From Squalus acanthias (lineage: Eukaryota), in the NCBI GenBank assembly GCA_030390025.1, contig CM059441.1, positions 63,798,001 through 63,862,000 on the forward strand: 64,000 nucleotides of DNA. Direction: 5' to 3'. Both the position numbers and the translations under genes were made by a program. The notes below the pieces were generated by a model that ran no database searches, was not told the DNA's origin, and was given only the letters and a program-made list of their open reading frames with translations. Shown here one piece after another: positions 22,301 through 35,619 of this stretch. Each line of letters opens with the position of its first letter. Positions within the stretch are counted from its first letter, which is position 1.

Positions 22301-23555
22301 TGACTAATCTACTGGAATTTTTTGAGGATGTAACTGGTAGAATAGATAAGGGAGAACCAGTGGATGCGGTGTATTTGGACTTCCAGAAGGCATTCGATAA
22401 GGTCCCGCATAAGAGATTGGCCAGCAAAGGTAAAGCACATGGGATTGGCAGACTTGGATAGAGAACTGATTGGCAGACACGAAGCAAAGAGTTGAAATAA
22501 ACGGGTCTTCCTCCGAGTGGCAGGCAGTGGCTAGTGGGGTATCGCAGGGATCGGTGCTAGGACCCTTGTTATTCACATTATATATTAATAATCTAGACGA
22601 GGGAACTAGATGTAATATCTCCAAGTTTGAAGATGACACAAAGCTGGGTGGGCGTGTGTGGTGTGAGGAGGATGCAGAGAAACTCCAGTATGATTTGGAC
22701 AAGTTGGGTGATTGGGCAGATGAATGGCAGATGCAGTATAATGTGGATAAATGCAAGGTTATCCACTTTGGTGGCAAAAACAGAAAGGCAGATTATTAGC
22801 TGAATGGCAATAGATTGGGAAAAGGGGAAGTGCAACGAGACCTGGGAGTCCGTGTGCACCAGTCATTGAAGGTAAGCATGCAGGTGCAGCAGGCGGTTAA
22901 GAAGGCAAATGGTATGTTGGCCTTCGTAGCGAGAGGATTCGAGTACTGGAGCAAAGATGTCTTGCTGCAGTTGTACAGGGCCTTGGTGAGAACACACCTT
23001 GAGTACTGTGTGCAGTTTTGGTCGCCTTATCTGAGGAAGGATGTTCTTGCCATGGAGGGAGTGCAGCAAAGCTTCACCAGTCTGATACCTGGGATGGCAG
23101 GAATGACGTATGAAGAGAGATTGGGACGATTGGTCTTGTATTCGCCAGAGTTTAGAAGAATGAGAGGGGATCTCATTGAAACTTATAAAATTCTAAAAGG
23201 ACTAGACAGACTAGATGCAGGAAGGATGTTCCCGATGGCAGGGGAGTCCAGAACCAGGGGTCACAGTCTAAGGATAAGGGGTAAGCCATTTAGGACTGAG
23301 ATGAGGAGGAATTTCTTCACCCAGAGAGTGGTGAACCTGTGGAAAACGTTACCACACAAGGCAGTTGAAGACAATACATTAAATATATTCAAGAAGGTGT
23401 TAGATATATTTCTTAAGTCTAAAGGGATCAAGGGATATGGGGAGAAAGCAGGGACAGGGTACTGAATTTGGATGATGAGCCATGATCTCATTAATAGGCG
23501 GAGCTGGCTCGAGGGGCCGAATGGCCTACTCCTGCTCCTATCTTCTATGTGTCTA
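19300..23555 (+). mobile_element. Long CR1 LINE: ORF1 esterase-like C-terminus and ORF2 (APE endonuclease + RT), degenerate
   Basis: GARVKDVSERLQGIL..IGTNDIG; IIGITETW; VVYRPP; SPGPD; LDFQKAFDKVPH; QGSVLGP; FEDDTK; 3' UTR tail. Confidence 0.95.
19910..20682. mobile_element. GC-rich MITE (Harbinger-like) nested in CR1
   Basis: Imperfect 12-bp TIR agggtaaaaatt / aatttttccccc; 3-bp TSD TTT; removing it restores the CR1 sequence. Confidence 0.85.
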
Positions 23556-23559
23556 TGTT

Positions 23560-25500
23560 TGTATCCTCACTCTCTCACCTCACTCTCTCCTCACTCTCNN
23601 NNNNNNNNNNNNNNNNNNNNNNNNNNNNNNNNNNNNNNNNNNNNNNNNNNNNNNNNNNNNNNNNNNNNNNNNNNNNNNNNNNNNNNNNNNNNNNNNNNNN
23701 NNNNNNNNNNNNNNNNNNNNNNNNNNNNNNNNNNNNNNNNNNNNNNNNNNNNNNNNNNNNNNNNNNNNNNNNNNNNNNNNNNNNNNNNNNNNNNNNNNNN
23801 NNNNNNNNNNNNNNNNNNNNNNNNNNNNNNNNNNNNNNNNNNNNNNNNNNNNNNNNNNNNNNNNNNNNNNNNNNNNNNNNNNNNNNNNNNNNNNNNNNNN
23901 NNNNNNNNNNNNNNNNNNNNNNNNNNNNNNNNNNNNNNNNNNNNNNNNNNNNNNNNNNNNNNNNNNNNNNNNNNNNNNNNNNNNNNNNNNNNNNNNNNNN
24001 NNNNNNNNNNNNNNNNNNNNNNNNNNNNNNNNNNNNNNNNNNNNNNNNNNNNNNNNNNNNNNNNNNNNNNNNNNNNNNNNNNNNNNNNNNNNNNNNNNCT
24101 CTCGCTCCTCACTCTCTTTCCTCACTCTCTCCCCTCACTCTCTCTCCTCACTCTCCTCTCTCTCTCCTCACTCTCTCCCCTCACTCTGTCCCTTCACACT
24201 CTCCCCTCTCCCACCCCTCACTCTCCCCTCACTCTCTCCCCTCACTCTCGCTCCTCACTCTCTCTCCTCACTCTCTCTCCTCAGTCTCTCCCCTCACTCT
24301 CCCCTCACTCTCTCTCCTCATTCACTCTCCTCACTCTCTCCCCTCACTCTCTCCTCAATCTCTCTCCTCAGTCTCTCCTCACTCTCACTCCTCTCTCTTT
24401 CCTCACTCTGTCCCCTCACTCTCCCCTCACTCTCTCCTCACTCTCTTTCCTCACTCTCTCTTCTCACTCTCTCCTCACTCTGTCTCCTCACTCTCTCTCC
24501 TCACTCTCTCTCCTCACTCTCTCCTCACTCTCTCCTATCCCTCACTCTCTCCCCTCTCTCTCTCTTCACTCTCTCCTATCAGTCACTCTCTCCCCTCTCT
24601 CTCTTCTCACTCTCTCCCCTCACTCTCTCCCCTCACTCTCTCCTCTCACTCACTCCCCTCAATCACTCCTCTCATTCACACCCCTCACGCAATATTTCAC
24701 TCAATTAATCATTCCTCTCCCTCCCTCACACACACCACCCCTCTCTCCGCTCATGCATTCCCATCCCTCCCTCCCTCACTCCCCTTTCTCCCTGCCCTTC
24801 CTCAGTCACTCAGTTCCCTCCCTCACTTTCGTCCCACACTCACCCACTTCCCTCCCTCACTCCCCTCCCTCCCCTCCATCCCTCACACCCCACCTTCACT
24901 GACTCCCCTCACCTCTCCCCTCCCTCCCTCACTCACTTGCCTCCCTCCCCTCACTCCCCTCCTCACTCCCCTCCTGCACTCACTCACTCCCCTCCCTCAA
25001 TCGTCTCCTCACTCCTCTCCCTCACTAACTCTTCTTGCTCACTCCCATCCCTAACTCCTCTCCCTAACTCGCTCCCCTCCTGCACTCACTCACTCCCCTC
25101 CCTCAATCCTCTCCCTCACTCCTCTCCCTCACTAAGTCTCCTTGCTCACTCCCCTCCCTAACCCCTCTCCCTAACTCACTCCCCTCCTCACTCACTCCCC
25201 TCCCTCAGTCCCCTCCCTCACCTCCATCTCTCACTCTCCTCACCTCTCCCTCCCCTCCCTCCCTCACTCCCCTCCCTCCCTCACTCACTCCACTCAGTTA
25301 CTCCCCTCAGTCCCCTCCCTCACTCCCCCCCTGCACTCACTCACTCCCCTCCCTCACCCCTCTCCCTAACTCACTCCCCTCCTGACTCACTCCCCTTACT
25401 CACTCCCCTCCCCCACACCTCTCCCTTACTCACACCTCTCCCTCACTCACTCCTCCCCCTCACTCACGCCCCTCCCTCCCTCTCTCACTCCCTAGCGCCC
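23560..25500. repeat. CT-rich low-complexity tract including a 500-N gap (23599-24098)
   Basis: Direct reading. Confidence 0.95.
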
Positions 25501-25889
25501 CCTATCTCTCTATCCAATGGTGTAAGCCAGGTGGGTAGCAATAGCGCCCGTAGTGACCTGAGCAGGCTACTACCACCCTCGATCTCTGAGAATCCAGACG
25601 AGCAACCACTTGATGAGTAAGGGCCAGATATCAATCAATAAATCTGCATTATTTCACAACGAGTGAACATACTGTTGACTCCACTTGCTCCTGTATCCAA
25701 TACTGAGAAACAAAACATGGTCACAGAGAAATTTCATTCACCACAATTTATGCTAAGGAAGTTATTGCTAAATCCTTTGTAAAACACTGGGTGAGCTCCG
25801 GCTGGACTATTGTGTTCAATTCGGGCCACCACACTTTAGGAGGGATATCAAGGCCTTTGAGAGGGTGCACAGAAGATTTAATAGAGGAG

Positions 25890-27410
25890 TTCAAAATGAT
25901 GAGCGATGTTGGTTGAGGGATAAATATTGGCACAGGACACCCGGGAAAGCTCCCTTGCTCTTCTTCGAAATAATGGCCGCGGGATCTTTTACATCACACC
26001 TGACAGGGCAGACGGGACCCTGCTTTAATGTCTCATCCCAATAAATGGTACCTCCGACAGTGCAGCGTTCCCTCAGTACTGCCCCTCTGACAGTGCAGCG
26101 CTCCCTCGGTTCTGCCCCACCAACAGTGCAGCACTCACTCAGTACTGCCCCTCTGCCAGTACAGCGCTCCCTCAGTTCTGCCCCTCCGACAGTACAGTGC
26201 TGCCTCAGTACTGCCCCTCCGACAGTGCAGCACTCCCTAAGTACTGCCCCTCCGACACTGCAGCGCTCCCTCAGTTCTACCCCTCCGACAGTGCAGCACT
26301 CCCTCAGTACTGCCCCTCCAAAAATGCAGCGCTCTCTGTACTGCCTTCTGACAGGGTAGCAATCTCTCCGACAGTGCAACGCTCGCTCATTACTGCCCCT
26401 CCGACAGTGCAGCGCTCCCTCAATACTGCTGCTCCGACAGTGCAGCACTCCCTCAGTACTGCTTCTCCAACAGTGCAGTGCTCTCTCAGTACTGCCCCTC
26501 CAACAGTGCGGCGCTCCCTCAGTACTGCCCCTCCGACAGCACCGCGCTCCATCAGTAATGCCCCTCTGACAGTGCAGCGCTCCCTCAGTACTGCCCCTCC
26601 AACTGAGCAGCGCTCCCTCAGTACTGCCCTCCGACAGTGCAGCGCTCCCTCAGTACTGTCCTCCGACAGTGCAGCACTCCCTCAGTACTGCCCCTCTGAC
26701 ATTGCAGCGCTCCCTCAGTCCTGCTCTCCGACAGTGCAGCACTCCCTCAGCACTGCCCCTCTGACAGTGCAGCGCTCACTCAGTACTGCCCTCCGACAGT
26801 GCAGCACTCCCTCAGTATTGCCCCTCTGACAGTGCAGCGCTCCCTCGGTACTGCCCCACCGACAAGAGCAGCGCTCCCTCAGTACTGCCCTCCGACAGTG
26901 CAGCACTCCCTCAGTAATGCCCCTCTGACAGTGCAGCGCTCCCTCAGTACTGCCTCCGACAGTGCAGCACTCCCTCAGTACTGCCCTCCAACAGTGCAGC
27001 ACTCCCTCAGTACTGCCCCTCCGACAGTGCAGCGCTCCCTCAGTACTGCCCCTCCAACAGTGCAGCAGTCCCTCAGTACAGCCCCTCCGACAGTGCAGCA
27101 CTCCCTCAGTACTGCCCCTCCGACAGTGCAGCGCTCCCTCAGTACTGCCCCTCCAACAGTGCAGCACTCCCTCAGTACTGCCCCTCCGACAGTGCAGTGC
27201 TCCCTCAGTACTGCCCCTCCAACAGTGCAGCAGTCCCTCAGTACAGCCCCTCCGACAGTGCAGCACTCCCTCAGTACCGCCCCTCCGACAGTGCAGGACT
27301 CCCTCAGTACTGTCCCTCTGAGAGTGCAACACTCCCTCAGTACTGCCCCTCTGACAGTGCAGCGCTCCCTCAGTACTGGCACTGGAAGTGTCAGCCTGGA
27401 TTTTTGCGCA
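25890..27410 (-). repeat. Deu-SINE containing an expanded ~33-bp minisatellite (~40 units, ~26050-27380)
   Basis: Unit cagtactgcccctccgacagtgcagcgctccct, flanked by SINE core and head-side sequence. Confidence 0.9.
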
Positions 27411-27519
27411 CAAATACAATCGTGCACTTGTCCACTTTCCAAAAACCTCACCTGCTTACGATACAAAGCGACAGATTCTCATTGTGGTTTTCAAACCCCT
27501 CCTTGGCCTTGCCCTTCCT

Positions 27520-29150
27520 TATAAGAACATAAGAACATAAGAAATAGGAGCAGGAGTAGGCCAATCTGCCCTTCGAGCCTGCTCCGCCATTCAATAAGAT
27601 CATGGCTGATCTGATCCTCACCTCAAATCTAAAGAACACAAGAAGTAGGAGCAGGACCTGGCCACTCAGCCTCTGGGCCCGCTCCGCCACCCACAGGGCC
27701 TCGACTGCTCCGAACTCAGCCTCATGTCCAATTTCCTGCCTGCTCCCCGTAACCCCTAATTCCCTTTACTTCTAGGAAACTGTCTATTTCTGATTTAAAT
27801 TTTTTTAATGATGTAGCTTCCACAGCTTCCTGGGGCAGCAAATTCCACAGACCTACTACCCTCTGAGTGAAGAAGTTTCTCCTCATCTCAGTTTTGAAAG
27901 AGCAGCCCCTTATTCTAAGATTATGCCCCCTAGTTCTAGTTTCACCCATCCTTGGGAACATCCGTACCGCATCCACCCGATCGAGCCCCTTCACAATCTT
28001 ATATGTTTCAATAAGATTGCCTCTCATTCTTCTGAACTCCAATGAGTAGAGTCCCAATCTACTTAACCTCTCCTCGTATGTCCACCCCCTCATCCCGGGG
28101 ATTAACCGAGTGAACCTTCTTTGTACTGCCTCGAGAGCAAGTATGTCTTTTCTTAAGTATGGACACCAAAACTGTATGCAGTATTCCAGATGCGGTCTCA
28201 CCAATACCTTATATAACTGCAGCAATACCTCCCTGTTTTTAAAATCTATCCCCCTAGCAATAAAAGCCAACATTCCGTTGCCCTTCTTGATCACCTGCTG
28301 CACCTGCATACTAACTTTTTGATTTTCTTGCACTAGGACCCCCAGATCCCTTTGTACTGCAGTACTTTCCAGTTTCTCGCCATTAAGATAATAACTTGCT
28401 CTCTGATTTTTCCTGCCAAAGTGCATAACCTCACATTTTCCAATATTGTATTGCATCTGCCAAATCTCCGCCCACTCAGCCAGCTTGTCCATATCCCCTT
28501 GTAGGTTTTTTATGTCCTCCTCACTTTCTACTTTCCCTCCCATCTTTGTATCATCTGCAAACTTTGATATGTTACACTCGGTCCCCTCCTCCAAATCGTT
28601 AATATAGATTGTAAAGAGTTGGGGACCCAGCACCGACCCCTGCGGAACACCACTGGCTACTGGTTGCCAGTCCGAGAATGAACCATTTATCCCAACTCTC
28701 TGCTGCCTGTTAGATAACCAATCCTCCACCCATGCCAGAATATTCCCCCCAATCCAGTGATTTTTTATCTTGAGCAATAATCTTTTATGTGGCACCTTGT
28801 CGAATGCCTTCTGGAAGTCTAAATACACTACGTCCATTGGTTCCCCTTTATCCACCCTGTACATTATGTCCTCAAAGAACTCAAGCAAATTTGTCAGGCA
28901 TGACTTCCCCTTCATAAAGCCATGCTGACTTTGTCCTATCAAATTATGTTTATCTAAATGTTCCGTTACTGTCTCCTTAATAATAGACTCCAAAATTTTA
29001 CCCACCACAGATGTTAGAATAACTGGTCTATAATTTCCAGCTTTCTGCCTACTACCCTTTTTAAATAAGGGTGTTACATTAGCAGTTTTCAAATCTGCCG
29101 GGACCTTTGCTGAGTCCAGGGAATTTTGGAAAATTATTACTAAAGCATTA
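27520..29150 (-). mobile_element. CR1 LINE 3' half, RT frame open
   Basis: ORF 27722..29221 with QGSVLGP and FADDTK; (ttcttatg)n tail. Confidence 0.95.
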
Positions 29151-30460
29151 TCTCTGTAACCTCCTCCAGCTTCCAACCCCTTGAGATCTCTGCGCTTCTC
29201 CAAATCTGGCAGGTTGCGCATTCCTGATTTCCATCACATCACCGTTGGTGGCCATGCCGTCAGCTGCCATGATCCTCAGCTCAGAATTTCCTCCCTAAAC
29301 CTCTCTGCCTCGCTCTCCTCCTTTTAGATGCTCCTTAAAACTTAGCACTTTGAACAAGCTTTTGGTCACTTGTCCTAATATCTCCTTATGTGGCTCGGTG
29401 TCAAATCTTTTTTGCAACGCTCCTATATAAATGCAAGTTGTTGTTGTTAACATTATATTCATAGAATTTACAGCACAGAAACAGCCCATTCGGCCCACAC
29501 AGGTCCACATGAGCCTCCTCCCACCCCTCTTCATCTCACACTATCTAAACTAATCTAATCCTATCAGCATATCCTTCAATTCCTTTCTCCCTCATGTGTT
29601 TATCCAGAGTCCCCTTAAATGCATCTATGCTGTTCACCTCAACTACTCCCTGTGGTAGCGAGTTCCACATTCACACCGCACTCTGGACAAATAATTTTCT
29701 CCTGAACTCCTAATTGAATTTATTCGTGGCTATATTATATTTTTGACCCCGAGTTCTGAACTCCCCACAAGTGGAAACATCTTCTCTACGTCTACCCTAT
29801 CAAACCCCTTCATGATTTTAAAGACCTCTATCAGGTCACCCCTCAGCCTTCTCTTTTCTAGAGAAAAGAGCCCCAGCCTGTTCAGTCTTTCCTGATCATT
29901 GTAACCTCTCAGCTCTGGTGTTATCTTTGTGAATCGGATTCACTTATTTCAATGAGTATGATTTGTTTTCCTGTAGTAATAGAAAGTAACGAACACGCTA
30001 AGCAGCCCCACATGTCAGTGGCTCATCCTGCTTAAACAAAGTAACTTCTAACTAATCCTTAGAGCAGACAAGGCTAAGAGGAGATTTGATAGAGTTGTTT
30101 AAAATCATGACGGTTTTAGATAGAGTAAATAAAGAGAAACTGGCTGAAGGGTCGATAACCAGAGGGCACAGATTTAAGGTGATTGGCAAAAGAACCAGAG
30201 GCGACATGAGGAAAAACTTATTTACGCAACAAGTGGTTAGGATTTGGAATGAACTTCCTGATAAGGGGGTGGAAACAGATTCAATAGTTGCCTTCAAAAG
30301 GGAATTGGATAAATGCATGAAGGAGAAAAATTTCAGGATATGGGGAAAGAGCGGGGAAGTGGGGCTGACTGGATTGCTCTTCGAAAGAGCTGGCGCAGAC
30401 TCGATGGGCCGAAAGGCCTCCTTCTTTGCTGTACTATTCTGTGATTCTATGATTCTATTC
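29150..30460. mobile_element. Cluster of LINE 3' fragments: L2 (+, ~29150-29450), CR1 (-, ~29455-29930), CR1 (+, ~30060-30455)
   Basis: Recognisable 3' ends, e.g. ORF 30086..30490 (FTQQVVRIWNELP). Confidence 0.8.
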
Positions 30461-30544
30461 ACCTTCAATTTAACCTTTCTGCAGCCTTAGATTGGCCTGA
30501 TTGCCTGTCTTTTCCCCTCTCCTGTTGTCACTCATGCGATATCC

Positions 30545-30850
30545 AAGACCGAGGCCCCGTCTGCCCTCTCAGGTGGACCTAAAAGATCCCGCGGCCACTA
30601 TTTGGAAGAAGAGCAGGGGAAGTTCTCTCCAGTGTCCTGGGGCCAATATTTATCCCTCAACCAACAACACTAAAAAGAATAGATAATCTGGTCATTATCT
30701 CATTGCTGTTTGTGGGAGCTTGCTGTGCACAAATTGGCTGCCGCGTTTCCTGCAACAGTGACTATGTTTCAAAAGTGCTTCATTGGCTGTGAAGCGTTTT
30801 GGCACGTCCTGAGGTTGTGATAGGCACTATATAAATGCAAGTTCTGTCTT
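30545..30850 (+). mobile_element. Deu-domain SINE, 5'-truncated
   Basis: gaggccccgtctgccctctcaggtggac...tataaatgcaagt. Confidence 0.85.
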
Positions 30851-30945
30851 TAAGCAGATCCTGTTTGTGTGGTAGGTCTTTTTCGACAGCAGTGTGTTTT
30901 TACACAAATATCGCCACCTACTGCTGATGAGCAATATTGCAGGTG

Positions 30946-30980
<35 letters not shown>

Positions 30981-30982
<2 letters not shown>

Positions 30983-31941
30983 GCTGGATTTTGAATGACT
31001 CATGGAGTCGGGTTTGGAGGCATGTGGGGGGTTAAATTTGCGGGGTCGGGTTTTCCGACCCCATCCCGACTCCATCCCACCTCCACGCAATTTTGACAAA
31101 ATCAGTCGCGGGGTTCCCGACTCCGTCCCGCCTCCAAGAGCGGGGAGAGGCCATTAAAGCCCTTAACAAGCCCTAAATTGGCTCTGTAATGCCATTTTGA
31201 AACGTTTTAGCTAGTTTAACCCTTTTCTGACGTGAAGTACGCCTGGTGTGAAACACTCCAGTGAAACCTGGCGGGAGCACAAGTGGATAGCTGACTATCG
31301 GCTGCAGGTCCACTATTACAACGGAGATGTGATGAATGTAGTGGTAGTAGCATTAGGTCTGAACGCCGCCTCTGATGCTGCTGCATTGAATGTCTTCAGA
31401 GACTGCCTGGGAGGACTTGCTTGGCAAAAAAAATTAATTCTCTCTCTCTTCTCCACCACCACCACCCATTTTTGCATCCAGGTCCACCCACATCAAAAGC
31501 CAAGTCCTCTCTCACCAACAGTCTCAATGATGACATCATCAGAGGCGGCTTTCAGACTGAAAGCACTAATTAGTTCATGGGTTCCCACATGCTGCAACTC
31601 AATTGCCCAATTAAGTGAAAATTGCATCAGGCATCCACATTAATCTGGAGTCGGGGGGGAAACACGAAATGCGGATTACACGACCCCAAGACAAAATCCA
31701 GCCCTTCGTGTTTCTCCCCCGACTCCAGATTAATGTGGATGCCTGATGCAATTTTCACTTAATTGGGCAATTGAGTTGGAGCATGTGGGAACCCATGAAC
31801 TAATTAGTGTTTTCAGTCTGCAAGTCGCCTCTGATGATGTCATCATTGCTGACTGCCTAGTCTCAGAGACTGTTGGTGAGAGAGGACCTGCCTGGCTTTT
31901 GATGTGAGTGGACCTGGATGCAAAATGGGGTGGGGGTAGAG

Positions 31942-31973
<32 letters not shown>

Positions 31974-32476
31974 ATTTTTTTGCTAAGCAAGTACTCCCAG
32001 GCAGTCTTTGAAGACATTCAATGCAGCAGCATCAGAGGCGACGTTGAGACCTAATACTACTACTACTACCTTCATCAGATCTCCGTTGTAATAGTGGACC
32101 TGCAGCCGATAGTCAGCTATCACTTGTGCTCCCGCCAGGTTTCACTGGAATGTTTCACACCAGGCGTGCTTCATGCCAGAAGAGGGTTAAACTAGCTACA
32201 GCGTTTCAAAATGGCATTACAGAGCCAATTTAAAGCTTGTTAAGGGCTTTAATGGCCTCTCCCGCCTCTTGAAGGCGGGACGGAGTTGGGAACCCCGCGA
32301 CTGATTATGTCAAAATTGCTGTGGAGGCGGGATGGAGTCGGGATGGGGTCGGAAACCCCGACCCCGCAAATTTAACCCCCCACACGCCTCCAAACCCGAC
32401 TCCATGGGACATTCAAAATCCAGCCCGAAATGCGGATGACACGACCCCAACCTGACCCCAAGACAAAATCCAGCCC
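30981..32476. mobile_element. Two inverted copies of a ~720-bp TIR element forming a long inverted repeat
   Basis: TIR gggctggatttt / aaaatccagccc at 30981, ~31704, ~32426 and ~32476; arms ~30981-31667 and ~31707-32426; aca on both flanks. Confidence 0.85.
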
Positions 32477-32679
32477 ACAGTGTTGTAAAGGGTGTAATGG
32501 ATTTGAAAACTCCCTTTATCCGTCAGGTGTTTTTTGTTTAAAGTGTTAACAGATAAGCTTGCCCCTTTACAAGTAGCGCTCCAATTATCCTGCACGCTCC
32601 CAGTTTGTAGAGATGTATTTTTTTTATTACTTCAGATAGTTCACCACTCTATTTAAACAAGGATGATCATTTTAAAATC

Positions 32680-32980
32680 GAGCCATTGCCAGACTGGGAC
32701 CCAATGTAAGTCAGGGGTGCTGGATGAACCCGACTTGGTGCGAGGTACGATATGGGGCAGCAGAGTTTTGGATGAACTGAACTTTACGGAGGGGGAAGAT
32801 GGGAGGCCGGCCAGGAGAGCGTTAGAATAGTCATGTCTGGAGGTAACAAAGGCATGGATGAGGGTTTCAGCAGCAGATCAGCTGAGGCAGTGGCGGAGAC
32901 GGACAATGTTACGGAGGTGGAAGTAGGCGGTCTTGATGGAGAAGATATGGGGGTCGAAAATTCAGCTCAGTGTCAAATAA
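32680..32980 (-). mobile_element. L2-clade LINE fragment
   Basis: Homologous to the reverse complement of 2230-2520. Confidence 0.75.
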
Positions 32981-33294
32981 GAGACAGAAGGGAAAAAACA
33001 AGCAGTGAATAACCATTTGAGTCTGTACAAGCAACAGATTTGGAAAGTTCCCAGCATTAACTCACAGTCCCGATGTATATGTACGACATTGACAGCAATA
33101 TCGCCCAAGGTCAGGGCAGAAGAGGTATGAGAGTTAGCAGTAAGATTAAACTGCAGAAGCTGGATGGCTTATAAGAACACGCACAGATCAGATCATGGTG
33201 TGAATTGCAGAGCCCCGTACAGCTTGTAGATCATTAGCACTTTCATTATCGACAGTGTCACAACCTTTTCAAACTTGCATGAAAACATTACAGT

Positions 33295-33745
33295 TCATAT
33301 GAGTGTGCATGTGTGTGTGAGAGTGTGTGTGAGTGAGTGTGAATGTTTGTGTGTTTGAGTGTGAGAGTGTGTGTGAGTGAGTGTTAGTGAGTGAGTGTGT
33401 GTGTGACTGTGTGAATGAGTGTGAGTGTGTGAGTGAGTGTGAGTGTGTGTGTGAGTGAGTGTGTTTGTGTGAATGAGTGTGCGAGTGTGTGTGAGTGTGT
33501 GTTTGTGCGAGTGTATGAGTGAGTGTGAATGTTTGTGTGTGAGTGAGTGAGTGTGCGAGTGTGTGAGTGTTTGTGTGTGTGTGTGAGTGAGTGTGTGTGA
33601 GTGAGTGAGTGTACGAGTGTGTGAGTGTTTGTGTGTGTGTGAGTGTGAATGTTTGTGTGTGAGTGAGTGAGTGTGCGAGTGTGTGAGTGTTTGTGTGTGT
33701 GTGTGTGAGTGTGTGTGCGTGAGTGAGTGTGCGAGTGTGTTTGAG
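33295..33745. repeat. (TG/GAGT)-rich microsatellite
   Basis: Direct reading. Confidence 0.9.
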
Positions 33746-34090
33746 ACGCTGGGACTTAGATTCAGGATCAGTACCAATCGCACAGACTGAAGCCTCCCCG
33801 AATGTGTGGTGTGGTGGTTAATGTTTGAGAGCCACAGATCCCTGATGTGGGTGAGAGTTTGAACCACAAGGGCCTCTCAGTGGGATTGCTGTGTGTTTGT
33901 GTGCACTTTTCGGTCAGAAACAGTCCATGATAAAAGGAACAGTCTGTGGTTTCACAGCTTAATTTTTTTAATCAACAACTTGACAGCCACTGCACCAAAT
34001 AGGGACTGAAAAATCCAGCCCCCAGGATTCCCATCCTCTCAAACACAGAGTAGCTGTGTTGACACTTACCCTGCGACCACTCCCACATCG

Positions 34091-35375
34091 CTTCTTGTCT
34101 GGTGCAGTAGACTGCTTTGCGACGACATGCAAGCCGTGATCCTGACCAACGGTTCCACCACAGACCCAATTCACGTACGGACTGGGGTCAAGCAAGGCTG
34201 TGTAATCGCACCAACGCTCTTCTCGATCTTCCTTGCTGCAATGCTCCATCTCACCCTCAGTAAGCTCCCCGCTGGAGTGGAGCTAATTTACAGAACAAAC
34301 GGGAAACCGTTCAACCTCCGTCGCCTCCAGTCCAGATCCAAGGTCGTCCCATCCTCTGTCATCGAATTACAGTATGCAGACGATGCTTGCGTCTGCGCTC
34401 ACTCGGAGGTCGAAATCCAAACCATCGTCAACACCTTCACCGAAGCGTAGGAGAGCATGGGCCTTACACTAAACATCTGTAAGACAAAGGTCCTCTACCA
34501 ACCTGCCCCCGCCACACAGTACTGCCCCCCGATTATCAAAATCCATGACAAGGCCTTGGACAACGTGGACCACTTTTCATACGTCGGGAGCCTACTGTCA
34601 ACAAGGGCAGACGTCGATGACGAAGTCCAACACCACCTTCAGTGTGCCAGTGCAGCCTTCGGTCGCCTGAGGAAAAGAGTGTTTGAAGACCAGGACCTCA
34701 TACCCGGCACTAAGCTCATGGTCTACAGAGCAGCAGTGATACCCGCCCTGCTGTATGCCTCAGAGACATGGACCATGTACAGCAGGCACCTCAAAGCACT
34801 GGAGAGGTACCACCAACGCTGCCTCTGCAAGATCCTGCAAATCCATTGGCAGGATAGGCGCACCAACGTCAGTGTTCTTGTTCAGGCCAACATCCCCAGC
34901 ATCGAAGCTTTGACCACGCTCGATCAGCTCCGATGGACAGGTCACATCGTCCCCATGCCCAATACGAGACTCCCAAAACAAGCGCTCTACTTGGAGCTCC
35001 GGCACGGCAAGAGAGCCCCAGTTGGGCAGAGGAAACGCTTCAAGGACACCCTCAAAGCCTCCTTGAAAAAGTGCAACATCCCCACTGACACCTGGGAATC
35101 CCTGGCCCAAGACCACACAAAGTGGAGGAGAAGCATCCGAGAAGGCGCCGAACACCTTGAGTCTCTTCACCAGGAGCAAGTGGAAGCCAAGCGCAGGCAG
35201 CGCAAGGAGCGCACGTCAACCCAAGCACCCTACCCACCCGCCCCTTCAACCACCGTCTGCCCCACCTGTGACAGAGACTGTAGGTCCCGCATTGGACTCA
35301 TCAGTCACCTGAGAACTCATTTTAATGTGGAAGCAAGTCATCCTCGGTTCCGAGGGACTACCGAAGAAGAAAATC
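34091..35375 (+). mobile_element. RTE (BovB-like) LINE, 5'-truncated
   Basis: GVKQGCVIAPTLFS, QYADD, LLYASETW, LRWTGHI, C-terminal CPTC...HLRTH zinc knuckle, (gaa)n tail. Confidence 0.93.
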
Positions 35376-35619
35376 AGTGAGTTCATTCCAAGTGTCGATC
35401 TTCCATTGTGTAAAGGTTTTGCTGGCTTCAGTATAAATTTATCTTCTACCAGTTTGAACCTGTGTCCCCTTGTCTTTCTCTAACAATTCAATTTAAATGA
35501 ACATTCCAGATTTCCTTTTCCATTCCCTGGTCAATCATGGGAATAGAAGGAGGCCATTCAGCCCCTCGAGCCTGTTCTGACATTCAATTCGATCATGGGG
35601 AATCTGCAATCCAAGGAAG

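Noticed and set aside
16321-25500. Long Leu/Ser/Pro/His-rich ORFs (e.g. 17922..18467, 23472..24902)
   Set aside because: Translations of CT-rich low-complexity DNA and N gaps
25891-27532. Cys-rich repetitive ORFs on both strands and a CRISPR-like look
   Set aside because: Head-to-tail 33-bp minisatellite with no unique spacers; eukaryotic context, no cas genes
33040-33130. kB-like site GGAAAGTTCCC and a possible 57-nt micro-exon (cag|...|gtatga)
   Set aside because: A single short motif and weak acceptor with no homology support; plausible by chance
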